Assembly: GCA_963710375.1 (NCBI GenBank)
Contig: CAVPZX010000004.1
Location: forward strand, 96,001-160,000
Length of the DNA: 64,000 nt
From: Nitrospirota bacterium
Lineage (GTDB): Bacteria > Nitrospirota > Thermodesulfovibrionia > Thermodesulfovibrionales > Dissulfurispiraceae
Reading direction: 5' to 3'
Every line of letters begins with the position of its first letter. Position 1 is the stretch's first letter. Position numbers and translations under genes: made by a program. Shown here piece by piece: positions 7,893 through 17,789 of the stretch. The notes under the pieces were generated by a model. The model saw only the letters and a program-made list of their open reading frames with translations, was not told the origin of the DNA and searched no databases.

Positions 7893-9791
7893 GTGGGTAT
7901 AGACGACAGCCTCTCTTATCTGGATGAGTTGAAAAAATCTTATCCTGAAAAATTCCAGCCTGCTGAAAGGATATTCAGCCACATTCATCCCGGGCACAGG
8001 ATATTTATCGGTACAGGATGCGGTGAACCACAGTTTCTTGTGCGGGAACTTATAAACTATGTGCAGTCCAATCCAAAGGCCTTTTTCGATACTGAACTGC
8101 TCCAGGTATGGAATCTGGGCGTCTCGGCATACGCTGATGAAAAATTCAGGGACAATTTCAGATTCAATTCTTTTTTTATAGGGGAAAATATCAGGGATTC
8201 CGTCAATAAAGGATTTGCCGATTATACCCCTGTTTTCCTGTCGGCGGTGCCGGATTTGTTCCGGAAAAAACGCATCCCGATTGATATAGCTCTTATTCAG
8301 ACCTCTATGCCGGATAAACATGGATACATGAGTCTGGGAATCAGTGTCAACATAGTAAAGGCAGCCGCAGAAAACGCATCGCTGGTAATAGCCCAGATCA
8401 ATTCACACATGCCGCGTATCCACGGCGACACATTCCTGCGCATGAGCGATGTTGATTTTGTCATGCATTGTGACGAGCCGTTGCTTGAGTTTGAGACCAG
8501 TGTGCCTGATGAAATCGGCCAAAAGATCGGGACCTATGTCTCCCGTATTATCCAGGACGGAGATACCATCCAGGTAGGATATGGGAGCATACCAAATGCA
8601 ATCCTGTCGCATCTTGGCAATAAAAAACATTTAGGGGTCCATACTGAGCTTCTTACGGACGGCATAGTGGACCTCATGAAAAAGGGCGTAATTGACAATA
8701 CCAAGAAAGAACTCAACCGCGACAAAACGGTGGCGGCCTTTTGTATGGGTAAAAAGGAGACGTATGAATATATCGATGATAATCCGGGGATAGAATTCAG
8801 ACCGGTCAGTTATACGAACAATCCTTTGACTATATCCCGGAACAGGAATGTTGCCGCTATAAACAGCGCCCTGGAAATTGACCTTACCGGACAGGTTACC
8901 GCTGAATCCCTGGGCAAGTTTTTCTTTAGCGGTATCGGGGGGCAGGCTGATTTTATGCGCGGCGCGATCATGTCTCAGGGAGGCAAGACAGTTCTGACCT
9001 TGCAGTCTACGGCCCATGATGGCGCGGTCTCGAGGATAGTACCTTTTCTGAAGGAGGGAGCAGGGGTGACCCTGACCAGGGGCGATGTGCATTATGTTGT
9101 TACAGAATACGGGATAGCGTATCTGCATGGCAAGAACATCAGGGAGCGGGCCATGGATATCATCGCAATAGCTCATCCGAAGTTCCGTCCATGGCTTATA
9201 GAGGAAGCAAAGAGACTAAGCCTGATATATCGGGACCAGGCCTTTATACCGGGAGAAAAGGGCGCTTATCCTGAAAACATAGAGACCTACAGGACTACGA
9301 GAACAGGCCTAAGGCTGCTTTTGAGGCCGGTTAAAATAAGTGATGAACACCTCTTTAAAGATTTTTTCTATTCACTTTCCGACACGTCTATGTATCAAAG
9401 GTTTATTTCAACTAGGAAGGATATGCATCATGAACGTCTGCAACAATTTGTAGTCATCGATTACTCCAAGGAAATGATGATCCTTGCCGTAATGGAAAAG
9501 GACGGCGAAGAAATGATCGTGGGAATGGGCCAGTATCATATAGATGAAACCACGCACACCGCCGAGGCTGCATTTGCAGTACGTGACGACTATCAGGGCC
9601 AGGGTATTGCCACTGAACTGCTTGCATACTTGACTTACCTGGCAAAGAAAAATGGCCTCTACGGCTTTACGGCAGAGGTGCTTATGGAGAATAAGCCTAT
9701 GCTCAAGGTTTTTGAAAAGATGGGCTTTGTTATCGAAAGGATTGCTGAAGCCGGGGTATATGAACTTAATATGTCATTCAAAGAATCATGA
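7893..9791 (+). CDS. Acetyl-CoA hydrolase/CoA-transferase fused to C-terminal GNAT domain
   Basis: QVGYGSIP, LGVHTE, SGIGGQADF, VVTEYG; C-terminal AFAVRDDYQGQGIAT acetyl-CoA binding motif. Confidence 0.88.
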   Translation: MGIDDSLSYLDELKKSYPEKFQPAERIFSHIHPGHRIFIGTGCGEPQFLVRELINYVQSNPKAFFDTELLQVWNLGVSAYADEKFRDNFRFNSFFIGENIRDSVNKGFADYTPVFLSAVPDLFRKKRIPIDIALIQTSMPDKHGYMSLGISVNIVKAAAENASLVIAQINSHMPRIHGDTFLRMSDVDFVMHCDEPLLEFETSVPDEIGQKIGTYVSRIIQDGDTIQVGYGSIPNAILSHLGNKKHLGVHTELLTDGIVDLMKKGVIDNTKKELNRDKTVAAFCMGKKETYEYIDDNPGIEFRPVSYTNNPLTISRNRNVAAINSALEIDLTGQVTAESLGKFFFSGIGGQADFMRGAIMSQGGKTVLTLQSTAHDGAVSRIVPFLKEGAGVTLTRGDVHYVVTEYGIAYLHGKNIRERAMDIIAIAHPKFRPWLIEEAKRLSLIYRDQAFIPGEKGAYPENIETYRTTRTGLRLLLRPVKISDEHLFKDFFYSLSDTSMYQRFISTRKDMHHERLQQFVVIDYSKEMMILAVMEKDGEEMIVGMGQYHIDETTHTAEAAFAVRDDYQGQGIATELLAYLTYLAKKNGLYGFTAEVLMENKPMLKVFEKMGFVIERIAEAGVYELNMSFKES

Positions 9792-9858
9792 ATTGAAGCG
9801 CTAAATTTTACGCTGTCCACCCGCTAATCAACGCCGCGGACATTTCGCCATTGGTGCA

Positions 9859-10676
9859 ATGCGAGGCAGGTTGAAGACATTCGGAATAGAAGCGGTTCTC
9901 GTCGTGGTTGGAGCGTTTCTTTTTATTGGCCCTGCATGGGCTGGACCTCCATTCTTTACGGATGATCCGGAACCTGTAGAGTACCTGCACTGGGAAATTT
10001 ACGTGGCCTCCCAATGGGCGCATGACAGGGATTCTGGGACATCAGGTACTCTGCCGCATCTTGAGATTAATTACGGTGTTGTTCCGGATGTGCAGCTCCA
10101 CTTAATAGCGCCGATGGCCTATTCTGCCCCTCACGATTCTTCAACCCAGTATGGGCTGGGCGACATAGAAACGGGCATCAAATATCGCTTTATCCATGAA
10201 GACGAAAAAGGGTGGCGACCGCAGGTTGGTGTCTTTCCTATCGTTGACTTTCCATCAGGTGATGCCTTGAGAGGGCTGGGCTCAGGACATATCAACATTT
10301 TTTTGCCGATATGGGTTCAAAAGAGTGGGGACCCTGGACAACCTACGGTGGAGGAGGCTATGACTATCATCCCGGCGATGATCACAAGAACTACTGGTTT
10401 GCCGGATGGCTTCTGCAGCGGGACTTTTCCAAACTGCTGACGTTAGGGGCTGAAATCTTCAATTCTTCTCCCAAGGAAAAAGGCGAGAGTGACGAAACAG
10501 GGTTCAACGCCGGAGGGTATTTAAACCTGAGTGAAGAACACCATATTCTTTTTTCGGCAGGGCGTGACATAAAAGGGCCGAACACACTTTTCGCATACTT
10601 TGCTTTTCAGTGGACATTCGGTCCTGCAGGAAAGGAGGACCTTCTTGAGAAGCAGCTGGAGAAACCTATCCATTAA
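9859..10676 (+). pseudogene. Putative outer-membrane beta-barrel 'transporter' protein, split by a 1-bp deletion near 10325 (real or assembly error)
   Basis: Signal peptide + GPPFFTDDPEP; ORFs 9859-10440 and 10311-10676 join as WVQK-S-WGPW into 272 aa with one added base. Confidence 0.65.
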
Positions 10677-10759
10677 GACACACTGTCGAGTACCCGGCAT
10701 ATGAAACGGTTCATGATTGCAAGCCAGTATTTTACGGCGTACCTTTTCGAAGCCAACTT

Positions 10760-11914
10760 ATGAAAATTGAAAAAAATGACAGCAGAGTTGGGGAAGTAGC
10801 AGGTCTTTTCCTGAAGCTTGGCACGATTGCCTTTGGCGGCCCGGCGGCGCATATTGCCATGATGCATGACGAGGTGTGCCGCAGGCGCGGATGGGTAAGC
10901 GAGCAGCGTTTTCTGGACCTCCTTGGGGCGGCCAACCTGATCCCGGGCCCCAGTTCCACGGAAATGGCCATTTACCTGGGATATGAGAGGGCCGGGTGGA
11001 GAGGTCTCATTGCCGGCGGGGTCTGCTTCATTATGCCTGCCATGCTTATTGTGCTGATGCTCTCATGGATTTACGTACAATTGGGCTCGACACTACAGGC
11101 AGTCTGGCTTCTCTATGGAATTAAACCGGTCGTCGTTGCTATCATTGTACAGGCCGTGTGGGGACTTAGCAAAAATGCGATCAAAGGACCCATGCTTGCA
11201 GCAGTCAGCTTGCTGGTCTTGGTCTTATACCTAGGCGGGTTCAGTGCGGTTGCTCTCATTTTCGGAAGCGGGCTCTTCGTAATGTGCGCTAAGAACCTGT
11301 GGCGCATCCGGCGTGGAATGCATATGGGTATTGCGCTTCTCCCGGGGCTTGGATTGCCTGTCAACCAGGTTGTGGGAATTCCGGTGCCATTCAGCTTCAC
11401 GGGCCTGTTTTTAATCTTCCTGAAAATCGGCTCTGTAGTCTTCGGATCGGGATATGTCCTCCTGGCTTTTTTGCGAAATGATTTCGTCCATAGGCTGGGC
11501 TGGCTTACCGATCAACAGGTGCTTGATGCAGTTGCCATAGGCCAATTCACACCGGGTCCTGTTTTCACTACTGCCACTTTCATCGGCTTTATTTTAGGCG
11601 GCTTTCATGGAGCTTTACTGGCAACTGTGGCAATATTCCTTCCCTCTTTTTTATTTGTCGCAGCGGTCTTCCCCCTGGTCGGCATTTTGCGCCGATCGCT
11701 GTGGGCCAGTGCATTCCTGGATGGGGTCAACAGCGGGGCGCTAGGTCTCATGGCTGGAGTGACAATGCAGCTTGGCAAAGCAGCACTAATAGACTGGTTT
11801 ACATTATCATTGGCATTGCTTTCAGCCCTGGCCCTTTTTCGGTTCAAAATAAACTCCGCATGGCTGGTATTAGCCGGCGGAGTTATAGGTCTTGCTTACA
11901 AAATGCTTATTTAA
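10760..11914 (+). CDS. chrA: Chromate efflux transporter (long-chain CHR)
   Basis: FGGPAAHIAMM, IPGP, FGSGYVL, TPGPVF duplicated CHR motifs. Confidence 0.92.
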   Translation: MKIEKNDSRVGEVAGLFLKLGTIAFGGPAAHIAMMHDEVCRRRGWVSEQRFLDLLGAANLIPGPSSTEMAIYLGYERAGWRGLIAGGVCFIMPAMLIVLMLSWIYVQLGSTLQAVWLLYGIKPVVVAIIVQAVWGLSKNAIKGPMLAAVSLLVLVLYLGGFSAVALIFGSGLFVMCAKNLWRIRRGMHMGIALLPGLGLPVNQVVGIPVPFSFTGLFLIFLKIGSVVFGSGYVLLAFLRNDFVHRLGWLTDQQVLDAVAIGQFTPGPVFTTATFIGFILGGFHGALLATVAIFLPSFLFVAAVFPLVGILRRSLWASAFLDGVNSGALGLMAGVTMQLGKAALIDWFTLSLALLSALALFRFKINSAWLVLAGGVIGLAYKMLI

Positions 11915-12066
11915 AGATTGCCGTTACGGGGCCTCTTCAAGCGCGTCAACAATATATGGAGGCAATCCGCTCGTGCGATGCAATTGATTTCGAGCTTGTC
12001 TAACCCATTCCATTTAATCATCGCTGAACAAGTGCGAAGTACGTCCCAGCCCAATTGATGAGAGAG

Positions 12067-12327
12067 TTAATTGTGCTGGAGCATGGTTTTTTTCTTTTCC
12101 TCATACTCCTCCTTGTCTATCTCTCCTCGTGCATATCGTTTGTCGAGAATATCCATTGCCGAGTCCGAAATATCTGTATTATTTCTGTCAGCTCTTTGGG
12201 AGCCGGGCCGGCACATCATCAAACCCTTACGTCCCCTCATCATGAAGAATATAAAGATACACAGAATTATTATGAAGAGGGGAAATATACACCACAGAAA
12301 ATAACCATGAGATTCCGGGTAGAACAT
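12067..12327 (-). CDS. Small membrane protein with SHOCT domain
   Basis: One TM then SAMDILDKRYARGEIDKEEYEEKK; AGGAGG RBS. Confidence 0.85.
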   Translation of the reverse strand: MFYPESHGYFLWCIFPLFIIILCIFIFFMMRGRKGLMMCRPGSQRADRNNTDISDSAMDILDKRYARGEIDKEEYEEKKKTMLQHN

Positions 12328-12484
12328 ATAGACCACCTCCTTTCCTAGTACACACTGTTTTCATGTTCCCGTCTCTTCTTTCATGAAACTTTTCACATTA
12401 TCGGTGTTAATCAACCACCCAACAGGTATTTACAAGAAAATCATAAAGTTGAGAGAGCTATCATTATCTTGGTTGCCGATATTT

Positions 12485-12736
12485 CTACTGACTGCATTCA
12501 CTGCCGCCGGCGCAACACCTCCCTTCCTTGACATCGCCGAACAACTTACTTGCAAACTGTTTAGCCTTGCCATTAGCCCCCGTTTTTACTGCTTCCGCAA
12601 CTTGAATTGCAGCCTGCATTTCCTCTTTGGTCAACCCTGCCTGAATTGCCTTTTGATTATGGTATTCCATGCAAGGTTGACAATTCACTGCGTAGGCAAC
12701 ACCTAATGCTATCATTTCCTCAATCTTCGCATCCAT
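12485..12736 (-). CDS. Carboxymuconolactone decarboxylase/AhpD-like protein with Cys-rich tail
   Basis: EMIALGVAYAVNCQPCMEYH CxxC motif; C-terminal CC...C. Confidence 0.85.
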   Translation of the reverse strand: MDAKIEEMIALGVAYAVNCQPCMEYHNQKAIQAGLTKEEMQAAIQVAEAVKTGANGKAKQFASKLFGDVKEGRCCAGGSECSQ

Positions 12737-12777
12737 GTTTTATCTCCCTCCGTACTCGATATTAAATTCCAACCTTA

Positions 12778-12806
12778 TAGACGAAAGCCGGAGAGAAAAG
12801 GATACA
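12778..12806 (-). promoter_or_regulatory. Candidate ECF-sigma promoter for the CMD gene
   Basis: Minus strand TGTATCC-16 bp-CGTCTA; CGTC is a typical ECF -10 core; lies just downstream of the ECF gene. Confidence 0.45.
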
Positions 12807-12819
12807 GCTATTTAGAATT

Positions 12820-13431
12820 TTATCTAAAGTGCAGGATTGTTTGTTTCGGATCGCAAGCCAATTCGTTTCTTTCATCTCGGTAAAAATCACATTGAGCATC
12901 CAGGGCTTCTTTCAATTTGGCCCTGGCGCGATGGAGCCTGATCTTGACTGCATCAAGGCTGATTCCGAGTATTTCTGCAATTTGATTGTTTTTCATTTCT
13001 TCAAGATCGCTCAGTACAATTACCGTCCGATAATCTTCTGGAAGCCCATCAATGACACGACGAATACATCCGTTCATTTCCTTGCGGATAAGCTGCCGGT
13101 CGACAGGGGGGGTCTTTTCGTCTTTCCATGTGTTTTCGTCATCAATCTCGACTTCATCATTCTCAATCGATTCTTTCCCTGTCATCATATACTTGAAATC
13201 CAGGCTGCGCAACTTGTCTAACGCAGTATTGGTAGCGATCCTATATATCCAGGTGGATAGCCCGGACCTTTTCCGGAAGTCCGGCAGGCCGCGACTGATC
13301 TTTATAAAGACTTCCTGGGCAAGGTCTTCAGCTTCAGGCCCTCCCACCAGACGCGTCAAATAGCGAAGGATTTTCGGTCTGTAATAGTCGTGGATCGTAT
13401 TGAAGTCTAATGAACCGTGACTCATGTCCAT
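12820..13431 (-). CDS. ECF RNA polymerase sigma factor with C-terminal Cys motif
   Basis: AEDLAQEVF, TWIYRIATN region 2; IAEILGISLDAVKIRLHRAR region 4; tail CDFYRDERNELACD; TAATG coupling to upstream gene. Confidence 0.9.
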   Translation of the reverse strand: MDMSHGSLDFNTIHDYYRPKILRYLTRLVGGPEAEDLAQEVFIKISRGLPDFRKRSGLSTWIYRIATNTALDKLRSLDFKYMMTGKESIENDEVEIDDENTWKDEKTPPVDRQLIRKEMNGCIRRVIDGLPEDYRTVIVLSDLEEMKNNQIAEILGISLDAVKIRLHRARAKLKEALDAQCDFYRDERNELACDPKQTILHFR

Positions 13432-14786
13432 TAACGGTCTGCCCGAGTCCACGCCTGGGCAGCCATTTGCACAGGGTCCCAGGGGCTGGAGAGTGGCGGG
13501 GTATAACTTAGATCCAGGTCGTTCAATGCCTCGACGGTCATACCATGATGAACTGCCGCAGCCACCGTGTCGATGCGCTTAGAAACCTCTGTGCCGTAAG
13601 TGCCGATGATCTGCATGCCCAGAAGCTTGAGTGTTTTATTGTCGCCCGTGATCCGAATTCGCAATTTTTCCGCGTGGGGATAATAGACCTTATGGTCCCA
13701 AGTGTCAATATCCACAGACAAGGGAGAAAACCCTTCTTTCAATGCTTCATCATCTTTCAGTCCGGTCCGTGCAGCGACAAGATTGAAAATCTTAACGGAT
13801 TGGGTTCCCAAGGAGCCGGTATATTCGCGGTTTCCGCCTACTGAGTTTTCGCCGGCTATACGACCCTGCTTATGGGAGGTAGTGCCCAAGGGCAGGTAAG
13901 TGTTTTTCCCAAGCAGTCGGTGATAAGTTTCTACACAGTCGCCGGCTGCGTAAATATCAGCAATGGAGGTCTCCATTCGCTGATTGACGCAAATTGCGCC
14001 CTTAACGCCGGTTTTGATACCGGCGGATTGGGCCAGACGGGTTTCCGGCTGGATGCCTACGGCCACAAGAACCATATCGGCAGTAATAGCATCTGTGCCT
14101 GAGCACACAGAAAGCGAACCTCCCGTGGATTCGATCTGTTTCACACTAAATTCGTTGAACACCTGAACGCCATTTTTTTCCAATTCCGTCCGCACGATAC
14201 TACCCAAGGCCGGATCAAAAGTTGTGAGAACGGAAGGCGCAAATTCGACTACGGAAACTGAGAGACCCCGTCGCTTCATGGCATCGGCCATTTCCATACC
14301 GATATAACCTGCACCGATTATAACGATAGACGCAGGACGACGAGCCGTGAGGTATTCCTGAAACGCAAAACTGTCCGCCATCGATCTGAGAAAAAAAACG
14401 CCGGGAAGATCGATGCCGGGAAGATTCGGTATAAGAGATATGCCTCCGGTACCTATCACAAGCTTGTCGTAAGAAAAAGTCTTGATACGGCCGATAGTAT
14501 CGGCAGCAACTATTTGTTTTCGGTCAGAAATGATAGATGTGACACGATGCTGTGTCACCACTTTGATGTCTTCTTTTTCGATTTCATCAGCGGTGCGATG
14601 GGCTAATGCTTTCCAGTCAGGCACCTCACCACTCAGATAAAACGGAAGACCGCAGATACTGAAATTGGGATATTGGTCTGCCAGGATCATTGTGACTTCC
14701 GTATTGGGCGCCAATTCCTTGACTCGAAGTCCTGCGCTGATTCCGGCATCACTGCCGCCGATAATTACTATTTTTTCAGTTTTCAT
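13431..14786 (-). CDS. CoA-disulfide reductase/NADH oxidase-like flavoprotein
   Basis: GGSDAG, SICGLP single redox Cys, GAGYIG, AAGD, YTPPLS. Confidence 0.88.
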   Translation of the reverse strand: MKTEKIVIIGGSDAGISAGLRVKELAPNTEVTMILADQYPNFSICGLPFYLSGEVPDWKALAHRTADEIEKEDIKVVTQHRVTSIISDRKQIVAADTIGRIKTFSYDKLVIGTGGISLIPNLPGIDLPGVFFLRSMADSFAFQEYLTARRPASIVIIGAGYIGMEMADAMKRRGLSVSVVEFAPSVLTTFDPALGSIVRTELEKNGVQVFNEFSVKQIESTGGSLSVCSGTDAITADMVLVAVGIQPETRLAQSAGIKTGVKGAICVNQRMETSIADIYAAGDCVETYHRLLGKNTYLPLGTTSHKQGRIAGENSVGGNREYTGSLGTQSVKIFNLVAARTGLKDDEALKEGFSPLSVDIDTWDHKVYYPHAEKLRIRITGDNKTLKLLGMQIIGTYGTEVSKRIDTVAAAVHHGMTVEALNDLDLSYTPPLSSPWDPVQMAAQAWTRADR

Positions 14787-14862
14787 ATCGTGCCTTGTGA
14801 GATTTTTTTACCTTGAAGAAGCTTATATGCCCGTGAATATCTCCCAGAACTCCGATCTTCAT
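14776..14862 (-). pseudogene. 28-aa ORF that begins like a calcineurin-like metallophosphoesterase
   Basis: GGGAGG RBS then MKIGVLGDIHG; similarity ends immediately afterwards. Confidence 0.55.
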
Positions 14863-14949
14863 TAAGACCTCCCAGTTGTGTTCGTATAAATCGTATCACA
14901 ATTTATCAATCCGTGATAGCGTGATATAATCACCAAAAGTAATCATTAT

Positions 14950-15637
14950 TTATTTGTGTTTCTCTGAAACTTTGTTCTTGATCTCTTCCATCCTCTTGGC
15001 AAATGCCTCTTTCTGCCTCCGCTCTGTCTCATCTTTAGGCTCAGATACAGGGTTGGTGACCCTCCATGTGAGACTGGGCGCTTATCGGTCCTTCGGGATA
15101 TGCGCCAATGTCGTGCAGCATATGATTCTCGAACTCTGAAGGGGTTTCCTGGTAACAGGACCAGACAGCCTTTCTTATGAGATCGGGGGTCCCGCGATTG
15201 AGCACATCGATGACCGTAATGATCTGTTTTCTGAAACGCTCGATAAATTCGATAGGGAGGTTGAAGAGATATGGAGTCGGAGCTGTTGTGTTCCTGATTC
15301 TCTTGCGTTCATCAATGCCGTCTTTCAACAGAGACATTATTGCTTCACCCGTAGAATGGCCGGGAGACTCGGGTCCGGTCAGAACAAGATAGCGGATGTT
15401 TGGATTGCCAATGATATTACATATCATTTTCTCGACGCCGATGTTTTCGGTCTGTATCGTCCCTGACAGCGCAGCGCCCGCCTCGACGCCGGTCCTGACG
15501 AGCAGTTCTATGTCCTTCGGGATTTTGTCGTTGTCATAGATCAGTACAACCGCTACCGCTGCAGGAGAATAATCGTTTCCTCTTAGATAGCGGCCTTCTT
15601 CGGTCGGATAATCGGGTGACGGCTCAACCTTGAGCAT
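14950..15637 (-). CDS. Soluble MtrA-like corrinoid protein (tetrahydromethanopterin methyltransferase subunit A family); probable +1 frameshift at ~15077 (as sequenced ends 15041)
   Basis: GAALSG, TENIGVEK, NPNIRYLVLTG, GHSTG (cobamide His), ERFRKQI; alternative frame continues SLTWRVTNP...KHK* (228 aa). Confidence 0.82.
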
Positions 15638-15656
15638 ACTATTCTCCCTTCATAGG

Positions 15657-16730
15657 TTACGAATGAGGGTTAATCTCGGCCACCTTGCAATATGTGCCCG
15701 AAAAATACTTCCTTTGGAAATAAAAGGCCACGTTCACCAGCCCTATCATGACAGGCACCTCTACGAGAGGCCCTATGACTGCCGCAAATGCCGCCCCTGA
15801 GTTAATGCCGAATACTGCCACGGCAACGGCAATGGCAAGCTCGAAATTATTGCTTGCAGCAGTGAAGGAGAGAGTTGCTGTTTTTGCATAATCAGTGCCG
15901 ATCTTCCTGCCCATGTAGAATGAGACAAGAAACATGACTACGAAATAAATCAGCAGCGGGATTGCTATACGAATTACATCCAGTGGGAGTTTGACAATAT
16001 AATTTCCCTTTAGGGAAAACATGACAACGATCGTAAAGAGGAGGAAGATAAGCGTGACCGGGCTGATTTTAGGTATAAATACCCGCTCATACCATTGACG
16101 GCCCTTTATTTTGAGCAGACTGAACCGGGTGATCATTCCAGCGATAAAAGGGATCCCCAGGTAGATGAACACGCTCTCTGCAATCTGCCTTATTGTGACC
16201 TCGACAACGACTCCCTTGAGCCCAAACCATGCCGGCAGTTTCGTTATGAATATATACGCATAAACCGAATAGAAGAGCACCTGAAAAACAGAATTGAACG
16301 CCACGAGCCCGGCAGCGTACTCGGGATCGCCGCAGGCAAGGTCATTCCACACTATAACCATGGCGATGCAGCGTGCCAGACCGATCATTATAAGTCCGAC
16401 CATATATTCCGGATAGTCATGCAAGAAGATAATCGCCAAAGAGAACATGAGGATAGGACCGATAATCCAATTCTGGACAAGAGACACACCCAGCACCTTT
16501 TTGTTCTTAAAGACTTCGCCCAGTTCCTCATATTTGACCTTTGCAAGGGGAGGGTACATCATGAGGATAAGACCCACGGCAATAGGGATATTGGTTGTTC
16601 CGACCTGAAAACTGTTTATCAGGACCTCCACTCCGGGTATGAAATAGCCGAGACCCACACCCAATGCCATAGCCGCAAATATCCATATGGTGAGATAGCG
16701 GTCAAGAAAAGAGAGTTTCTTATCTTCCAT
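15657..16730 (-). CDS. acr3: Arsenite efflux transporter Acr3
   Basis: [46 protein letters not shown]. Confidence 0.96.
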   Translation of the reverse strand: MEDKKLSFLDRYLTIWIFAAMALGVGLGYFIPGVEVLINSFQVGTTNIPIAVGLILMMYPPLAKVKYEELGEVFKNKKVLGVSLVQNWIIGPILMFSLAIIFLHDYPEYMVGLIMIGLARCIAMVIVWNDLACGDPEYAAGLVAFNSVFQVLFYSVYAYIFITKLPAWFGLKGVVVEVTIRQIAESVFIYLGIPFIAGMITRFSLLKIKGRQWYERVFIPKISPVTLIFLLFTIVVMFSLKGNYIVKLPLDVIRIAIPLLIYFVVMFLVSFYMGRKIGTDYAKTATLSFTAASNNFELAIAVAVAVFGINSGAAFAAVIGPLVEVPVMIGLVNVAFYFQRKYFSGTYCKVAEINPHS

Positions 16731-16740
16731 CCGCCCCATG

Positions 16741-17169
16741 CTATTTTTCCTCTTTAAGCCACTGCTCTATGCGAGACTTGATCTGGTCCCTTATCCTTTG
16801 CGCACCCTGCAATCGTTCTTCATGGGTGCCCTCGAGTTTGGCAGGATCTTCAAAGGGCCATTTAAGCTGCTTCATCACACCCGGGAAGGAAGGGCATCGT
16901 TCGGCGTTTGCATCATCACAAACAGCTATCACATAGTTATAACGCTTTCCTTCCTTATAAAAGTCAAAAGCACTCTTTACCTTGTTGTTAGATATGTCAT
17001 ACCCGGATTCTTTCATCACTTCAACGATCAGCGGGTTCAATGCGGCGGGGCTTAACCCGGCGCTTTCGGCTATGAATCTATCACCAGCCATAGCATTCAG
17101 AAATGTCTCGGCCATTTGACTCCGGGCCGTGTTATGAACACACACAAATAAAACCTTTTTCTTTTCCAT
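16741..17169 (-). CDS. arsC: Thioredoxin-coupled arsenate reductase (LMW-PTP fold)
   Basis: [14 protein letters not shown]5R motif, VCD...CP resolving cysteines, FEDP. Confidence 0.92.
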   Translation of the reverse strand: MEKKKVLFVCVHNTARSQMAETFLNAMAGDRFIAESAGLSPAALNPLIVEVMKESGYDISNNKVKSAFDFYKEGKRYNYVIAVCDDANAERCPSFPGVMKQLKWPFEDPAKLEGTHEERLQGAQRIRDQIKSRIEQWLKEEK

Positions 17170-17200
17170 ATTTTTCCTCCCACTGGCAACGGTTTAATAT

Positions 17201-17542
17201 CTAAGCGCACGAAAGCCCTTTTTTATTTTGCCTGAATTCACTCAATCGATTCTGATCCTCTCTGACAGATTCAGAGGATATCTTTTCCAGTACAGTGTGG
17301 ATTAAGAATCTTTTGAACAGATCTGAATCATGGATACTGTAGTGAATCCACTTCCCCTGTCTTCTGTCCTTGATCAGACCGGCGTCTTTCAGAATTTTGA
17401 GATGAAAAGAAACCTTCGGTTGGAACATGTCGAGCGCAGCGACAATATCGCACACGCAGAGTTCTCCGTCTTCCAATAGCTTTAAAGTCCGGAGCCTTGT
17501 CTCATCAGAGAGGGCTTGAAAAACAGAAACTAATTCGTTCAT
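17201..17542 (-). CDS. arsR: ArsR/SmtB metalloregulator
   Basis: FQALSDETRL, ELCVCD metal site, VSFHLKIL HTH. Confidence 0.93.
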   Translation of the reverse strand: MNELVSVFQALSDETRLRTLKLLEDGELCVCDIVAALDMFQPKVSFHLKILKDAGLIKDRRQGKWIHYSIHDSDLFKRFLIHTVLEKISSESVREDQNRLSEFRQNKKGLSCA

Positions 17543-17778
17543 TGCTCCTCCTTTAAGAGCAACTTCATTCGCTCAATGCCGGGAAGCGGTTTTCCAGAAT
17601 GCTTCAGTTTACCGTTAATGACAAGACCCGGAGTGGACATGGTATATTTCAGAATTTCCTTCACGTCTGATATTTTGTCGATTTTTGCTTCGATGCCGAG
17701 GTCCTCGATGGCCTGTTTCACGAGTTCCTCCATTTTTATGCAATTTGCACATCCGGGGCCGAGCACTTTGACATCCAT
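17539..17778 (-). CDS. Small redox-active disulfide protein (MTH895-like thioredoxin family)
   Basis: KVLGPGCANC, STPGLVING. Confidence 0.88.
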   Translation of the reverse strand: MDVKVLGPGCANCIKMEELVKQAIEDLGIEAKIDKISDVKEILKYTMSTPGLVINGKLKHSGKPLPGIERMKLLLKEEQ

Positions 17779-17789
17779 GGCAACTCTCC

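Noticed and set aside
15041..15043. Selenocysteine read-through at the MtrA-like TGA
   Set aside because: Plausible continuation is in another frame; the same frame closes soon after, so a frameshift explains it better
14950..15637. Evidence for methanogenesis or an archaeal contig
   Set aside because: No other mtr/mcr genes; all neighbours bacterial. Unrelated to the Shewanella-type MtrA decaheme despite the shared name
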